Below are positions 27,121-39,069 of a stretch of 64,000 bases of DNA, in pieces (the stretch's first letter is position 1; every line of letters starts with the position of its first letter). The stretch covers positions 113,894,001 to 113,958,000 of the forward strand of contig NC_043003.1 in NCBI RefSeq assembly GCF_006345805.1, read 5' to 3'. Source of the stretch: Octopus sinensis. Its lineage: Eukaryota. The notes beneath the pieces were generated by a model. The model was given only the letters and a program-made list of their open reading frames with translations, was not told where the DNA came from and searched no databases. The position numbers and the translations under genes were made by a program.

Positions 27121-30110
27121 TAATAGGGTTTCCAGCAAAGGGACAGTTACAAGGTTCAAATCACGTTGTCGAGTTTGCTGTTGTAATCCTGGTACGTATC
27201 GGTTAGACGCCTAAATACGCCACAATATCTACCCACATACACACACATTGTGTTACTTGTGTTAATGGGAGTTATAAAGCACCCGTTCAATGCTATAATT
27301 TGTTAAGTATGCTGAAAAGTTTCGGAGACATACAATAATAAATAACCATACACAGCATTAATGAACAAAGCAAAAGATAAATAGGAGAGAGATTGAATAA
27401 CGGTGCTACTTACATGGTCCGAGTTGGGAATAGATTGTATCGCAGGATAATCACAGAAATTATTTGGAATATATTTTATCACTGCTGTAGTTGCATTTAG
27501 AACAACAGCAATACTAATAAGAATTATGTCTTCGTGTTACAATGTGGTGTAATAATGCTGTTACACTTGTGATAGTGTTAGACTAGATGTTGCTTTTCCT
27601 AATTTTTTTATTGTCGTCGTTGTTGTTTCATCCTGACGGTATTTTGGAGTGGAATTTAATTTCTTTTTTTTTTTTTTCGTATTTTATCTTTTCTTTTTTT
27701 TCTCCATAAATATTAATCCGTGGTTGAAAAAAATATCAACAATGTGATGAGTAGGACATCTTCATCTGTTTAACTTGGTACAATACATGTTCCATAGATC
27801 CGGGGTAAACGAGATTTTTTTCCTCTCCATTTCTATATAAATTTTATGAATAGATTCACACAGAGACAGAATATAGTATTTCAATTACGTTAGATTTTAA
27901 TTATATATACTTGCGTAAACACACATAACTATACCATCAATATATATATATGTATGTATGTATATATGTATGTATGTATGTAAATGGTAGCGACACGCCT
28001 TTTAAATACACACTAAATACGAGAAGGCAATTTCATTCATGCCCACGCACATCCACTCATTCATACACATGCACACACGCCTCCAAATAGGCATGTGCAT
28101 GCATCTAACATACAGGCACGTGCACTTTGCAGCAGAAGCACTCGGACTCAGAGACAAAAGTGCTGAGACGTTTTGCACGTTAGATTTTTATGGCCGTGTC
28201 ATGCGAGGCTTAGTGACTCTCCGATATTTTGGCTGTCGGTTGCTTCCTTCCATATCATATACACATGCCTCTATATACATACATGTGCCTGTATTTATAC
28301 AGGTGTATGTTATTACTATACATCCAATATATTCCTCCAGAAAACTGTGTTCTTAATTTGTTGTTAAAACGATATTTTATATATATATGTATATATATAT
28401 ATATGTGTGTGTGTGTATATATATGTATATCAGAGGAAGAATGTGTGTGTGTGAAAGAGAGAATAGATTACTAGACAGAGGCAAGTATGTAGGTTTATGT
28501 CTCCGGTAGTATGTGTATTTATTTCATGTGGGCTTATACTGATGTAGCTCCATCTATGTGTTGATCTACGTATGCATGTCTGCAAGTGTTTTATTGTGTG
28601 CGTGTGTCGATGTGTGTGAGTGATTATATGTAAAAAAAAATAATTGTGAATCGAAAAAGCAACGCAGAAAATATCCTTTGGTAGAATAATTATCTAAAGT
28701 CCCAAGATCTTTGGTAAATGAGAAATGTGTCGCGTAGTAAGGTCCTTCCTTGGTTGTAGGAGGTAAAAAAAAAATTGTAGGAGCTGAAAAATAAAGATTT
28801 TTAACAGCAAAAACGACTTAACTGGTGGCTGTGTATTCTTCACCAGCCGGAGAAGTAGAATAAGTGTAAAACACACTACAGTTCGTTATGAAATCCTGTC
28901 TCTCTCTCTCTCTCTGTATATATATATATATAAAAGAAAGAGAGAGGGTGGTGGTGGAGAGAGATACTGAATGAATATGTAGGAAGCTTTAGGATAGCCA
29001 AGGAAATTCACAGGCTTCAGTTGCTGTTAAAATTACTCTTGTTTTCTATTCTTCCTGTTGCTGTTTTGCTTTAGTTAATAACATATCGAAATATATCTAG
29101 ATAGATTTTTCGTGGATGGATATATATGTTTTATATTTAGAGGTATGTGTATGCTTGTGTGTATAAAATGCATATATTTCACTTCAAATATCCACTTCTT
29201 CGCTTTCGGTTCAGTAATAATAATAATAATAGTACTGTTGTGGTTACTACTTAAAATTGTGTTTTATCATCAATTTTGTTATGATACTTTCAGTACCAAT
29301 AATTACCGTATTCTATTTGTAGCAGTAGTAATAGTTGAAGTGGTATTAATGGTAATTCCTTACACGTCTAAGAATTTCTTGCTTTAGAAATTAGTGCAGT
29401 TCTTTCGGTTGTTTGGTTGGTTCGGATTTCTTTCTTCTGTTTCTCTTTTTCCTTCTTTTTTCTTTTTCTTTTCAATATTTCCTACCCCCTTCTTGTGTAC
29501 ATGAGTGTGTGTATGCGGGGGATGGGGGTGTATGTTATGCTTTTTTTTTCTTTCCTCCTTTTTTTTCCAATATAAATTTTCCTTCCTTAACTGTCAGCAC
29601 AACTAAGTGCAGTCTTTCGTCAGCAAGTACCGACTGCTGCTGCTGCTTCTACTACTACTACTACTACTGCTGCTGCTGTTGTTTCAACTGATGCAGCCGC
29701 TGCTGCTAGTGATGATGGTGATGCTGTGTGTGTTGCCTGCTGCTGCTGCTGTTTCGGTCAAGCTTGGGTTCCACGTTCTCGCTTTTTCAAGAATCAGCAA
29801 GCCACAATCGATTCAGCCAATCACAGCCCAGTATTTCCTACTATGACCTCTCACCTCTCTTCTAATACTAACTGCATTTTTTTCTTCTCCTCTCCACTTC
29901 GAGTCGTCCAACGTTCACTCTTTTCACAGGCCATCACAACTGTTAGATTTCTCTCTCTCTCTCACATTGTGACTCACTCACACACACACTCATATGTGTG
30001 AAGCGTGTATCTATGTGTTTGTGTGTGTATACATGTACATACATATGTATGTGTATATATGTTTATATATATGTATATGCGTATATATATATATATATTT
30101 ATATATATGT

Positions 30111-30266
30111 GCGCAGGAGTGGCTGTGTGGTAAGTAGCTTGCTAACCAACCACATAGTTCCGGGTTCAGTCCCACTGCGTGGCATCTTGGGCGAGTGTCT
30201 TCTGCTATAGCCCCGGGCCGACCAATGCCGATTTGGTAGACGGAAACTGAAAGAAGCCTGTCGTAC

Positions 30267-30354
<88 letters not shown>

Positions 30355-30551
30355 TGTGTCTATGTTTGTCACCCTAGCATTGCTTGACAACCGATGCTGG
30401 TGTGTTTACGTCCCCGTCACTTAGCGGTTCGGCAAAAAGAGACCGATAGAATAAGTACTGGGCTTAGAAAGAATAAGTCCCAGGGTCGATTTGCTTGACT
30501 AAAGGCGGTGCTCCAGCATGGCCGCAGTCAAATGACTGAAACGAGTAAAGA
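30111..30551 (+). mobile_element. SINE family B, full length
   Basis: Near-identical organisation to 19895-20340. Confidence 0.9.
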
Positions 30552-30887
30552 GTATATATATATTTATATGGCATATGTGTGTGTACATATATATGCATAT
30601 TTATATATATACACACGCGCATATATATATATATACACACACGTATATATACATATATATATACACATACGCATACATTATATATACATGCAATTTTTAT
30701 TAATAATCAGCAAAAGTTAGAGAATGAATCAAGCTCCGAGACTTTCTGCATTGACATTCACCAAACCTGTTCATGCATACATACATCAACATATGTGCGC
30801 GCGTGTGTGTGCATGCATGAGGATTTAGATAATCCTATCAGGTGGTGTTATTAAGTTAGACATGGCCTGGACCAATAAACATATCTA

Positions 30888-30931
<44 letters not shown>

Positions 30932-30933
30932 AC

Positions 30934-31043
30934 AAGGGCAAAAGAAAAAAATTTCAATACTAAATATGCCGAAATAGACTTAATCGTCAATAACTATATA
31001 ATTTATCGGCATATTTGGCACTGAAATTTTTTCGTTTGCCCTT
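30934..31043. mobile_element. ~110-bp fold-back/MITE-like palindrome
   Basis: aagggcaaaagaaaaaaatttcaatactaaatatgccga is the imperfect reverse complement of tcggcatatttggcactgaaattttttcgtttgccctt. Confidence 0.75.
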
Positions 31044-31194
31044 ATTTATAAGTTGTTTATGAATTTAACCTTTAAAAGTATTATTTTAATATGCTGGCCA
31101 TTGATAAAATTTTTTCGAAAATTTTATCCAATATTAGATGGATGGATGTAAATATATATATATATTTCAAAATGTGACCTCATGTGTACCGTTG

Positions 31195-31361
31195 GCGATT
31201 TTTTTCCTCTGTCTTCCCTTCTCTGGATCTTTCCTTCTCCTATGTTTCCGACGAAGAGCTCCGATCGAAACGTTAAACCCTCCTTCTTTCCTTAGCGTCC
31301 AATAATACTATATTTGTTCCACGTCCTCGCGTTGTGTTTTTTTGTGCTTTCTTGTTTGGAT

Positions 31362-31365
<4 letters not shown>
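31195..31365 (+). mobile_element. Short Penelope-derived element (family E) with hammerhead-like motif at 31244-31278
   Basis: GTTT-CCGACGA-A-GAGC-TCC-GATC-GAAAC-GT-T-AAAC; ends in (TA)n. Confidence 0.55.
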
Positions 31366-31396
<31 letters not shown>

Positions 31397-31701
31397 GCAT
31401 ATACATTTTCATTAAATGACCCATATGAAAACTTACAGTCAGGAAATTAAGTTTCTGTGCCAAGAACTCAATGATCGTTGCGTCATCAGCTTATTCAAGT
31501 TCACACTTTAACATTGAGGATGGCGCCAACGTGCACCGAAGTGGCAGAAGATGATGACGTGCATCGGTCATTGAATTGTTGGTATAGAAACTAAATGTCC
31601 TGAATGCAAGTGTTCCACACCTGTGTCATTTAATAAATTTAGTTCTCTTTTCCTAATGATATTGCGGACTACCCCTCTCGTCGACACGTGTGGAATACGT
31701 A

Positions 31702-31741
<40 letters not shown>

Positions 31742-31815
31742 AAGAGAGAGAGAGATTCAGGTGAATATGGTACTTAAGTTGAGGCACCAGAATTCAGTAC
31801 GGTATTAAAATCAAA

Positions 31816-32050
31816 ATAAGCAACAAGGATATCTAGAGGTAATGCAGTACGACCGTTTCATGCAACTCCATTTAACTGAACAATGCAAACATTACTGTGC
31901 CCATCTGTTTTAATTTAATTAAATTCCATGTCTTTCTGCAGCTGAAGATTGCTCTACATTTGAAATTGATGTAATGATTGCATTGTTCAATTAAATGGAG
32001 TTGAATGAAACGATCGTACTGCATTACCTCTGGATATCCTTGTTGCTTAT
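31816..32050. repeat. Long inverted repeat with ~72-bp arms next to a hammerhead motif (Penelope-like inverted pLTR remnant)
   Basis: ataagcaacaaggatatctagaggtaatgcagtacgaccgtttcatgcaactccatttaactgaacaatgca versus its reverse complement at 31979-32050, about 4 mismatches. Confidence 0.85.
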
Positions 32051-32069
32051 ATATATATATATATATACC

Positions 32070-32117
32070 GTTTCTGATGAAGGGATATATAAAATATCCC
32101 AGAAACAGCTGTAAGAC
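32070..32117 (+). ncRNA. Minimal type I hammerhead ribozyme motif, canonical core
   Basis: GTTT-CTGATGA-A-GGGATAT-ATAAA-ATATCCC-A-GAAAC-AGCT-GT-A-AGAC: perfect 7-bp stem II, palindromic stem III ACAGCTGT, GUA cleavage triplet and stem I GUUU/AGAC. Confidence 0.65.
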
Positions 32118-32704
32118 CTCTTTATAAATGTTCTGAAATCTTTCAGTCCTCGATTTTTTATTTCATTGTGTTACTTTATATATATAATAGATGACAATCG
32201 AATATTCTCCGTATAGAATAAGTTTAGCAGTGCTCAAAAGGTTTGAACTTGAACGGGCAGAGAAGTAAATCTAAGGATATGCAAGCAAGGCTGGACAATA
32301 TACAGAGTATGTCAAATATATGAAATGGAAAATGTTTGTATGTTTACAGACAAAAAGGTCTGACTCACATAGAATAGAAATGATATCAAGAATTAAAGGG
32401 TTTAAACAAAAGTATTACGAATCCAACAGCTGTTTCTGGGAGTTCAGTGGTCCAAAATAATGTTTGTAGATTGATCCCATCGTCGGATGAGATGAGCCTC
32501 CGTCTTCAAGGAAGAAATCTTACATTTTGAGGTATTGACAGTAAAAGTTCAAAGATTTTTCTTGCTCACTAATGTTCGACAAACGCGAACGTGAAACTAA
32601 GAAGCAGTTTTTTTTTTCACTATTTTTGCAGCTTTATATACACACATATATACATACATATATTTTTATATATGTATGTATATATTTATATGTGTGTGTC
32701 TGTG

Positions 32705-32902
32705 TTTGCCCCCGCCATAGCTTGACAACTGATGCGTGTATGTTTATAGTCCGGCAACTTGGCGGTTCGGCAAAAGTGACATATAGAATAAGTACTCACT
32801 TACAATCAGTAACTCATGGGGTCAACGTCTCCTACGACCTGTTAAGGCGGTGCTCCAGCATGACCGCAATCAAATGACAGAAGTAACTAAAGAAATAAAA
32901 GA
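32705..32902 (+). mobile_element. SINE family B, 3' half
   Basis: gcttgacaactgatgc..ggcggtgctccagcatgaccgc tail. Confidence 0.75.
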
Positions 32903-32927
32903 ACATGTTTATATATATATATACATA

Positions 32928-33220
32928 TCACCGTGATCACCGTGACCGATGTTGCTACACATCGCTGGTCACAATGCGTTTCGCGTTGTTTTAGCCTTCA
33001 AATGACGCCACCCCGCTGGATAAGCGAGCAGGCCAACAGGAGAAAGAGTGAGAGAAAGTTGTGGCGAAAGAGTACAGCAGGGATGGCGACCACCCCCTGT
33101 TGGAGCATCGTGGAGCTTCTTTTGGGGTGTTTTCGCTCAATAAACACTTACAACGCCCGGTCTGGGAATCGAAACATCGATCCTACGACTGCGAGTCCGC
33201 TGCCCTAACCACTAGGCCAT
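32928..33220 (-). mobile_element. SINE family C (tail type 1)
   Basis: Homologous to 195-408 and includes the tRNA-like head. Confidence 0.85.
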
Positions 33221-33830
33221 ATATATATATAACACATATATTCATGTGAGTACATTTATTAACATACGTAGTCTGATCAATAATTATCAGGACTGTTGTT
33301 TTCGATGCTAAAGCGTGGAGCATAAAGCTGCTTGGCACAAATTGACCTTGAAATGTGCTAAATGCATACATACATACATACATACATACATACATACATA
33401 CATACATACATACATACGTAAGTACGTACGTATCCATCCTAGCATCTAAAGTCTGGTCAAGGTGTCATAACAAAACTGACACTCATTTCTTCTTTCTTTT
33501 CTTTTTTTTTCATTTTGCTTTTATTTTTGAAACTTAGGAAATATCCGTGCGTCATGAAAAATATTTGGAAGCCTCACCAGAAATCCCCCCCCCCCACATA
33601 CTCAGAATAAGCTGATCCTTTCTCATTTCTGACACTGAGGTGCCTTAAATTACAAAAATCTTGAATCGCAGAAAAGGAAAGATTGGATTTGGAGAGGTGT
33701 TTAAAGTTTGAGTTTGACAGTGAAACACGGTCAAATTAAAAGAAAATTTCGTAAAAATGAGAACAACATTGATAGAGTTGCGGGAGTTTTTCACTTCTCC
33801 TTTAATTGCTGGTATGAGATTGCATCAGCT

Positions 33831-34241
33831 GGATCTTTTCGGTTTGAACGGCAGTTTTTAACATAATTTCTAGGTGACTAAAAAATTTTAAACTTCGTAT
33901 ACTGGTAAAATGTGTTTATAAAACATCTTTTTCTCTTGGCTTTATTCAGAAAATTCTATAGTTTGTAAGATATTTGTTGTTTTTTTTTCAATTTCAGCAA
34001 TTTCAACTAATCAGTGACGTCTATTGAGGTAAAAAAAAACATTCTGTGCCGTATGAATATGTCCCTCGTTTAATAAACAGATTGGGTTTATTTACATTTG
34101 TGAAGAAAAAAAGATACCCTTCCCCCACCCCTAACCCTAAAATAGATTGAAATGCAATAGATCGATACTAGGGTCATAATTATGGGTGACAATTTCATAT
34201 GACATCGCTAGAAAAAACTGCCGTTCAAACCGAAAAGATCC
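33831..34241 (+). mobile_element. MITE copy 2 (Merlin-like)
   Basis: Same TIRs as copy 1; perfect 8-bp TSD catcagct. Confidence 0.95.
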
Positions 34242-34671
34242 CATCAGCTTGCCATGTTGGTAAGAGAGACATGAACTGCGGGAATTTCGTCCCGAATGAT
34301 CAGTTTCAATGGAATGTCTGTTAAAAAAACTTGCAAGTCAGCATGGAGGATTGAAGCGTTCCTTGAACATCCATAATAAATGAGCGGAAAATGGAGCCAA
34401 TGCAGGAACGAGGTATTTGATGCAGTATTCGGGATCAGCTCTGCAAACGCGTTTCAGTCCCGAAAGTCACTTGAGAACGGCACGCTTAGAAAGAGCAATT
34501 ATTGGTACAAGAAGAGGTGAAGCTCTACAAAGAGCACGGAGACACCATCTATATTTCTGTAAATATGCGTGTGTGTGTGTACGTGTAAATGTGTGTGTGT
34601 GTGTGTGTATACACATAAACATTAAAGACCCACTTCGATCGAGCAGAGAGACGCCATATCTATTTCTGTAA

Positions 34672-34710
<39 letters not shown>

Positions 34711-35399
34711 AACGTTAAAGGCCACCTTCGGTCATGAATGAGCATTGGATTGCACTTAGAAAGTTCCCTTCCAAAATAGAAGTCCGGGCAAGATTGTTTA
34801 TGAAAGACCAGCATGCACACCAGCTAGCAGCAGAGGTTAGAGGGTATATGTATCAAATGAAGTCAAAAACAGAACACAAAGGATGTCGCGGTACACGTGT
34901 TTCAAGGTTTATAAACGACCTATTCTTACATCAGTGTATAATAGACATAACGGATGGTTTAAAGCTCTCTTCAGCCGCATGCAGTTGTTATTCCAAAGAG
35001 TTACATCACACTATGAAACATCCGAAAGGTACATTTAGTATTATCCATAATGATGGGTATATCATGTCTACATACATGAATAGATACGCACGCACAAACA
35101 CGCACACACAAGTATTCTAGTGTGTCAACTATTGAAGAAAGTACTCAATACATGATTTTCAGTGTAAATTATTTCAAACTTATTTTCTGTCCCTCTCAAT
35201 AACGTATTGAATGCGATTTTATGCTAAGTCTATCTTTGTCTTTATTCTCTATCTTGTGAGCAGCCTACCAGTTATTTCAGCCAAGTCACTCAACAGATCG
35301 AATGAAAGTAAGAGCGCCTTTGCGGTCACTGGACATGCTAGAAATGGTGACTAAATACATTTAAAACTGCAACAAGCTAGGAAATATTTTCAATGCTAT

Positions 35400-35790
35400 T
35401 CTTTTACTCTTCTATTTGTCTCAATCATTTCACTGCGGCCTTGCTGGAGCACCACCTTTACTCGAGTAAATGAACCCCCAGAACTTATTCTTTGTATGCC
35501 TAGTATTTATTCTATCAGTTTCCTCTTTTGCCGAACCGCTAAGTGACGGGAACGTAAACACACCAGCTTCGGTTGTCAAGCGATGGTGGGGGGACAAACA
35601 CACAGATATATATATATGTATATTCATATATGACGGGCTTCTTTCAGTTTCTGTCTACCAAATCCACTCATGAGACTTTGGTAGGCCCGAAGTTGTTGTA
35701 GAAGAGACTTGCCTAAAGTGCCACGCAATGAGACTAACCCCAGAACCATGTGATTGCGAAGCTAGCTTCTTACCATCCAGCCGCTCCTAT
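35400..35790 (-). mobile_element. SINE family B
   Basis: Reverse-complement tail, body and head present. Confidence 0.8.
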
Positions 35791-35808
35791 GCCTGCCTCT
35801 CTTTCTCT

Positions 35809-35854
<46 letters not shown>

Positions 35855-36134
35855 TATACATACATACACTAACACACACTCATACATACTCACGTATACA
35901 CAAATATTCTAGTGTGTCAACGATAGAATAATGGAATATTCGATTCATTATTGCTGCTGACGCCACCAAAACGAATATTCTTATCATGAAAGGCGCGAAA
36001 CTTTTATGATCTTTGGTCGATAACTGATGAGGGAGGAGCATATCCACGTCTTGTGTGTGTAATTTATCCTTGGCTTACGTTGTCGTCCCTCAATGCAAAT
36101 TTTAATTTGTGTGTGTGCAAACATTTCCCTTCAG

Positions 36135-36543
36135 GGATCTTTTCGGTTTGAATGGCAGTTTTTAACATAATTTCTAGGTAACTAAAAAATGTTAAACTTC
36201 GTATACTGGTAGAATGTGTTTATAAAACATCTTTTTCTCTTGGCTTTATTGAGAAAATTCTATAGTTTGTAAGATATTTGTTGTTTTTTTCTTCAATTTC
36301 TGCAATTTCAACCAATCAGTGACATCTATTGAGTTAAAAAACATTCTGTGCCGTATGAATATGTGCCTCGTTTAAGAAACAGATTCGGTTTATTTACATT
36401 TGTGAAGCAAAAAAGATACCCTTCCACCCACCCCTAACCCTAAAAGAGATTGAAATGCAATAGATCGATATTAGGGTCATAATTATGGGTGACAATTTCA
36501 TATGACACTGCTGGAAAAAGTGCCGTTCAAACCGAAAAGATCC
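36135..36543 (+). mobile_element. MITE copy 3 (Merlin-like)
   Basis: Same TIRs; flanks cccttcag/tcctgcag (6/8). Confidence 0.9.
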
Positions 36544-36559
36544 TCCTGCAGTATGTGGA

Positions 36560-37085
36560 ATCTTGCGTAGATGTCTTCTACTATAACTCGGGGCCAACCA
36601 AAGCCACGTGAGTGGGGATGGTTTATAGAAACTTAAAGAAGCCTGTTGCATATATTTATACATTTATGTATGTGTGCGTATGTATGTATGTGTTTGTCTC
36701 ACGTCACTGCTTCGCTACCGGTGTTGGTCTGTTCCCATTTTCGTAACTTAGTGCTTCGGCAGAAGAGACCGATAGACTAATAAGTACGTGGTTCAAAAAG
36801 AAATAACCAGTGGAGTCGATTTTTTCGACTAACCCCTTCAAGGTAGTGCTCCAGCATGGCCACAGCCCAATGACCGAAACAAGGAAATCAAAGTATATAA
36901 TAAGTTGATTGGCTTGCTTGGCAGGTTGATAGGTGCGTCGAACAAACAGCTTCCAAGTAAGGAGCAGCCAGTATGATTCCACATGGTTTCCGTTGGCATG
37001 CTTTAGTTTGCAGTTGACCAAGATGCTGCGCAATGCGAGTGAACCCGAGACCACATGGTTCTAAATCCAACATCCTTACGTGCAA
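36560..37085. mobile_element. Degraded family B SINEs (+ strand 36560-36900; - strand head 36950-37085)
   Basis: Body and tail motifs, plus a reverse-complement head. Confidence 0.65.
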
Positions 37086-37819
37086 AACCACACCCAGACA
37101 GACAGACACCCAGTGGCATATACGCGTCCTTAGTTTTTTCTCCTTTATCTCTTTGTTTTCATGTGTCTCTTCATTCTATTTCCCTCTCTTCCTCTTCTGT
37201 TTTCTGCCTTTATCACTTCCCCCGCTACCCCACTCCCACCCGTTATATCAGATATGGACCAGGTGTCTCAGAACACTGTCAAGGTTCTGGGAACGAGGGA
37301 AAAAAATCAAACCCTGATTTACGAGACATCTGACAAAGCCCTCCTTCACCCCTTTCACCCCCACTCAACACTTATGCTTCTCCCCCTCTTTTATCCCCAT
37401 CCTCGCTGTTTCCTCCGTTCTTGTATCTTTTCGTCCACTGTTTCCCCCTTATTACTATCCCATTTCTCTCTCTCTTTCTCTCGCCACCCCCCTTTCTACC
37501 GTTATTGTCTTTGTATCTCTTTTCCTCGTCTTGTTCCAGTCACTCCTTCACTATCTTTCAACCATCTAAAATTTATTTCTAGCTTTACGTACAAGGGAAG
37601 GTGTGTGTGCGTGTGTGCGTTGTAATGGAATGGAGACAGTGTGTGAGCGATTGTTATTAATTTGATCTCGTAAGAATTAAACACAGAGTCACCTGGGTGA
37701 GATTTCAACTTACAATAAAAAGGGACGAAACCGAATACCAAAAGACGTAAAAGACTTTTGCCCGGTGCTCCATCGATTCTGTTAATCCAAGGTCAATTAG
37801 TAGAATTTTTAGTTTCCTG

Positions 37820-38234
37820 GGATCTTTTCGGTTTGAACGGCAGTTTTTTCTAGCGGTGTCACATGAAATTTTCACCCATAGTTATGACCCTAGTGTCGAT
37901 CTATTGCATTTCAATCTGTTTTAGGGTTAGGGTTAGTTAGGGTTAGGGGTGGGGGAAGGGTATCTTTTTTTCTTCACAAATGTAAATAAACCCAATCTGT
38001 TTCTTAAACGAGGGACATATTGATACGGCACAGAATGCTTTTTAACTCAATAGACGTCACTGATTGGTTGAAATTGCAGAAATTGAAGAAAAAAAAACAA
38101 CAAACTATGGAATTATGTCAATAAAGCCAAGAGAAAAAGATGTTTTATAAACACATTCTACCAGTATACGAAGTTTAAATTCTTTAGTTACCTAGAAATT
38201 ATGTTAAAAACTGCCGTTCAAACCGAAAAGATCC
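37820..38234 (-). mobile_element. MITE copy 4 (inverted orientation)
   Basis: Same TIRs with internal sequence reversed (ttagggttagggttagttagggttagggg). No clear TSD. Confidence 0.9.
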
Positions 38235-38648
38235 CGTTTGTGTGTTTCGGTTGCAAGTGAACATTAAATTCTTGAAAGATGTTCCGATTCATCCTATCAT
38301 TTCCTGTATTTACAGCGATATACTTTCGTATGGTTCAAAGTCTTTGTTTAAAACGATTCTCAGACCCCTTTCATTTCTAGTTTACTCAGCTGGGCCTTCA
38401 TAGCCATTCCATTAAAAAAAAAAAAAATTCTAGTAAGTGAATTTTCAGCCAATGGGTTTTCTACTGCCATGTTGAATGGTCGAATGAACTAATTTCTGAG
38501 TCCTTTTAAATTTCTATGATTTTCTAGACTAGTTTTGGTTTCTGTGTAAATTTTTTTTCTTTCAAATCATTAAAGCAACATTATAACATTTAGATTAAGG
38601 TGCAAATGATTTGCGCAATAGCCGAAAAAGTAGAAAGTTAAAATATTT

Positions 38649-39069
38649 GGATCTTTTCGGTTTGAACGGCAGTTTTTAACATAATTTCTAGGTAACTAAA
38701 AAATTTTAAACTTCGTATACTGGTAGAATGTGTTTATAAAACATCTTTTTCTCTTGGCTTTATTGAGAAAATTCTATAGCTTGTAAGATATTTGTTGTTT
38801 CTTTCCTTCAATTTCTGCAATTTCAATCAATCAATGAAGTATATTGATGTAAAAATCATTTTGTGCCGTATGAATATGTCCCTCGTTTAAGAAACAGATT
38901 GGGTTTATTTACATTTGTGAAGAAAAGAAGATACCCTTCCCCCCACCCCTAAACCCAACTAACCCTAAAACAGATTGATATGCAATAGATTGATACTAGG
39001 GTCATAATTGTGGGTGACAATTTCATATGACACCGCTAGAAAAAACTGCCGTTCAAACCGAAAAGATCC
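38649..39069 (+). mobile_element. MITE copy 5 (Merlin-like)
   Basis: Same TIRs; flanks aaatattt/aaaaaatt (degenerate). Confidence 0.9.

Noticed and set aside
35113-35921. 17-bp direct repeat tattctagtgtgtcaac, 792 bp apart
   Set aside because: The enclosed sequence is not a coherent element; probably an old local duplication or chance.
37820-39069. Composite transposon formed by MITE copies 4 and 5
   Set aside because: The outer flanks (gtttcctg versus aaaaaatt) do not form a TSD.
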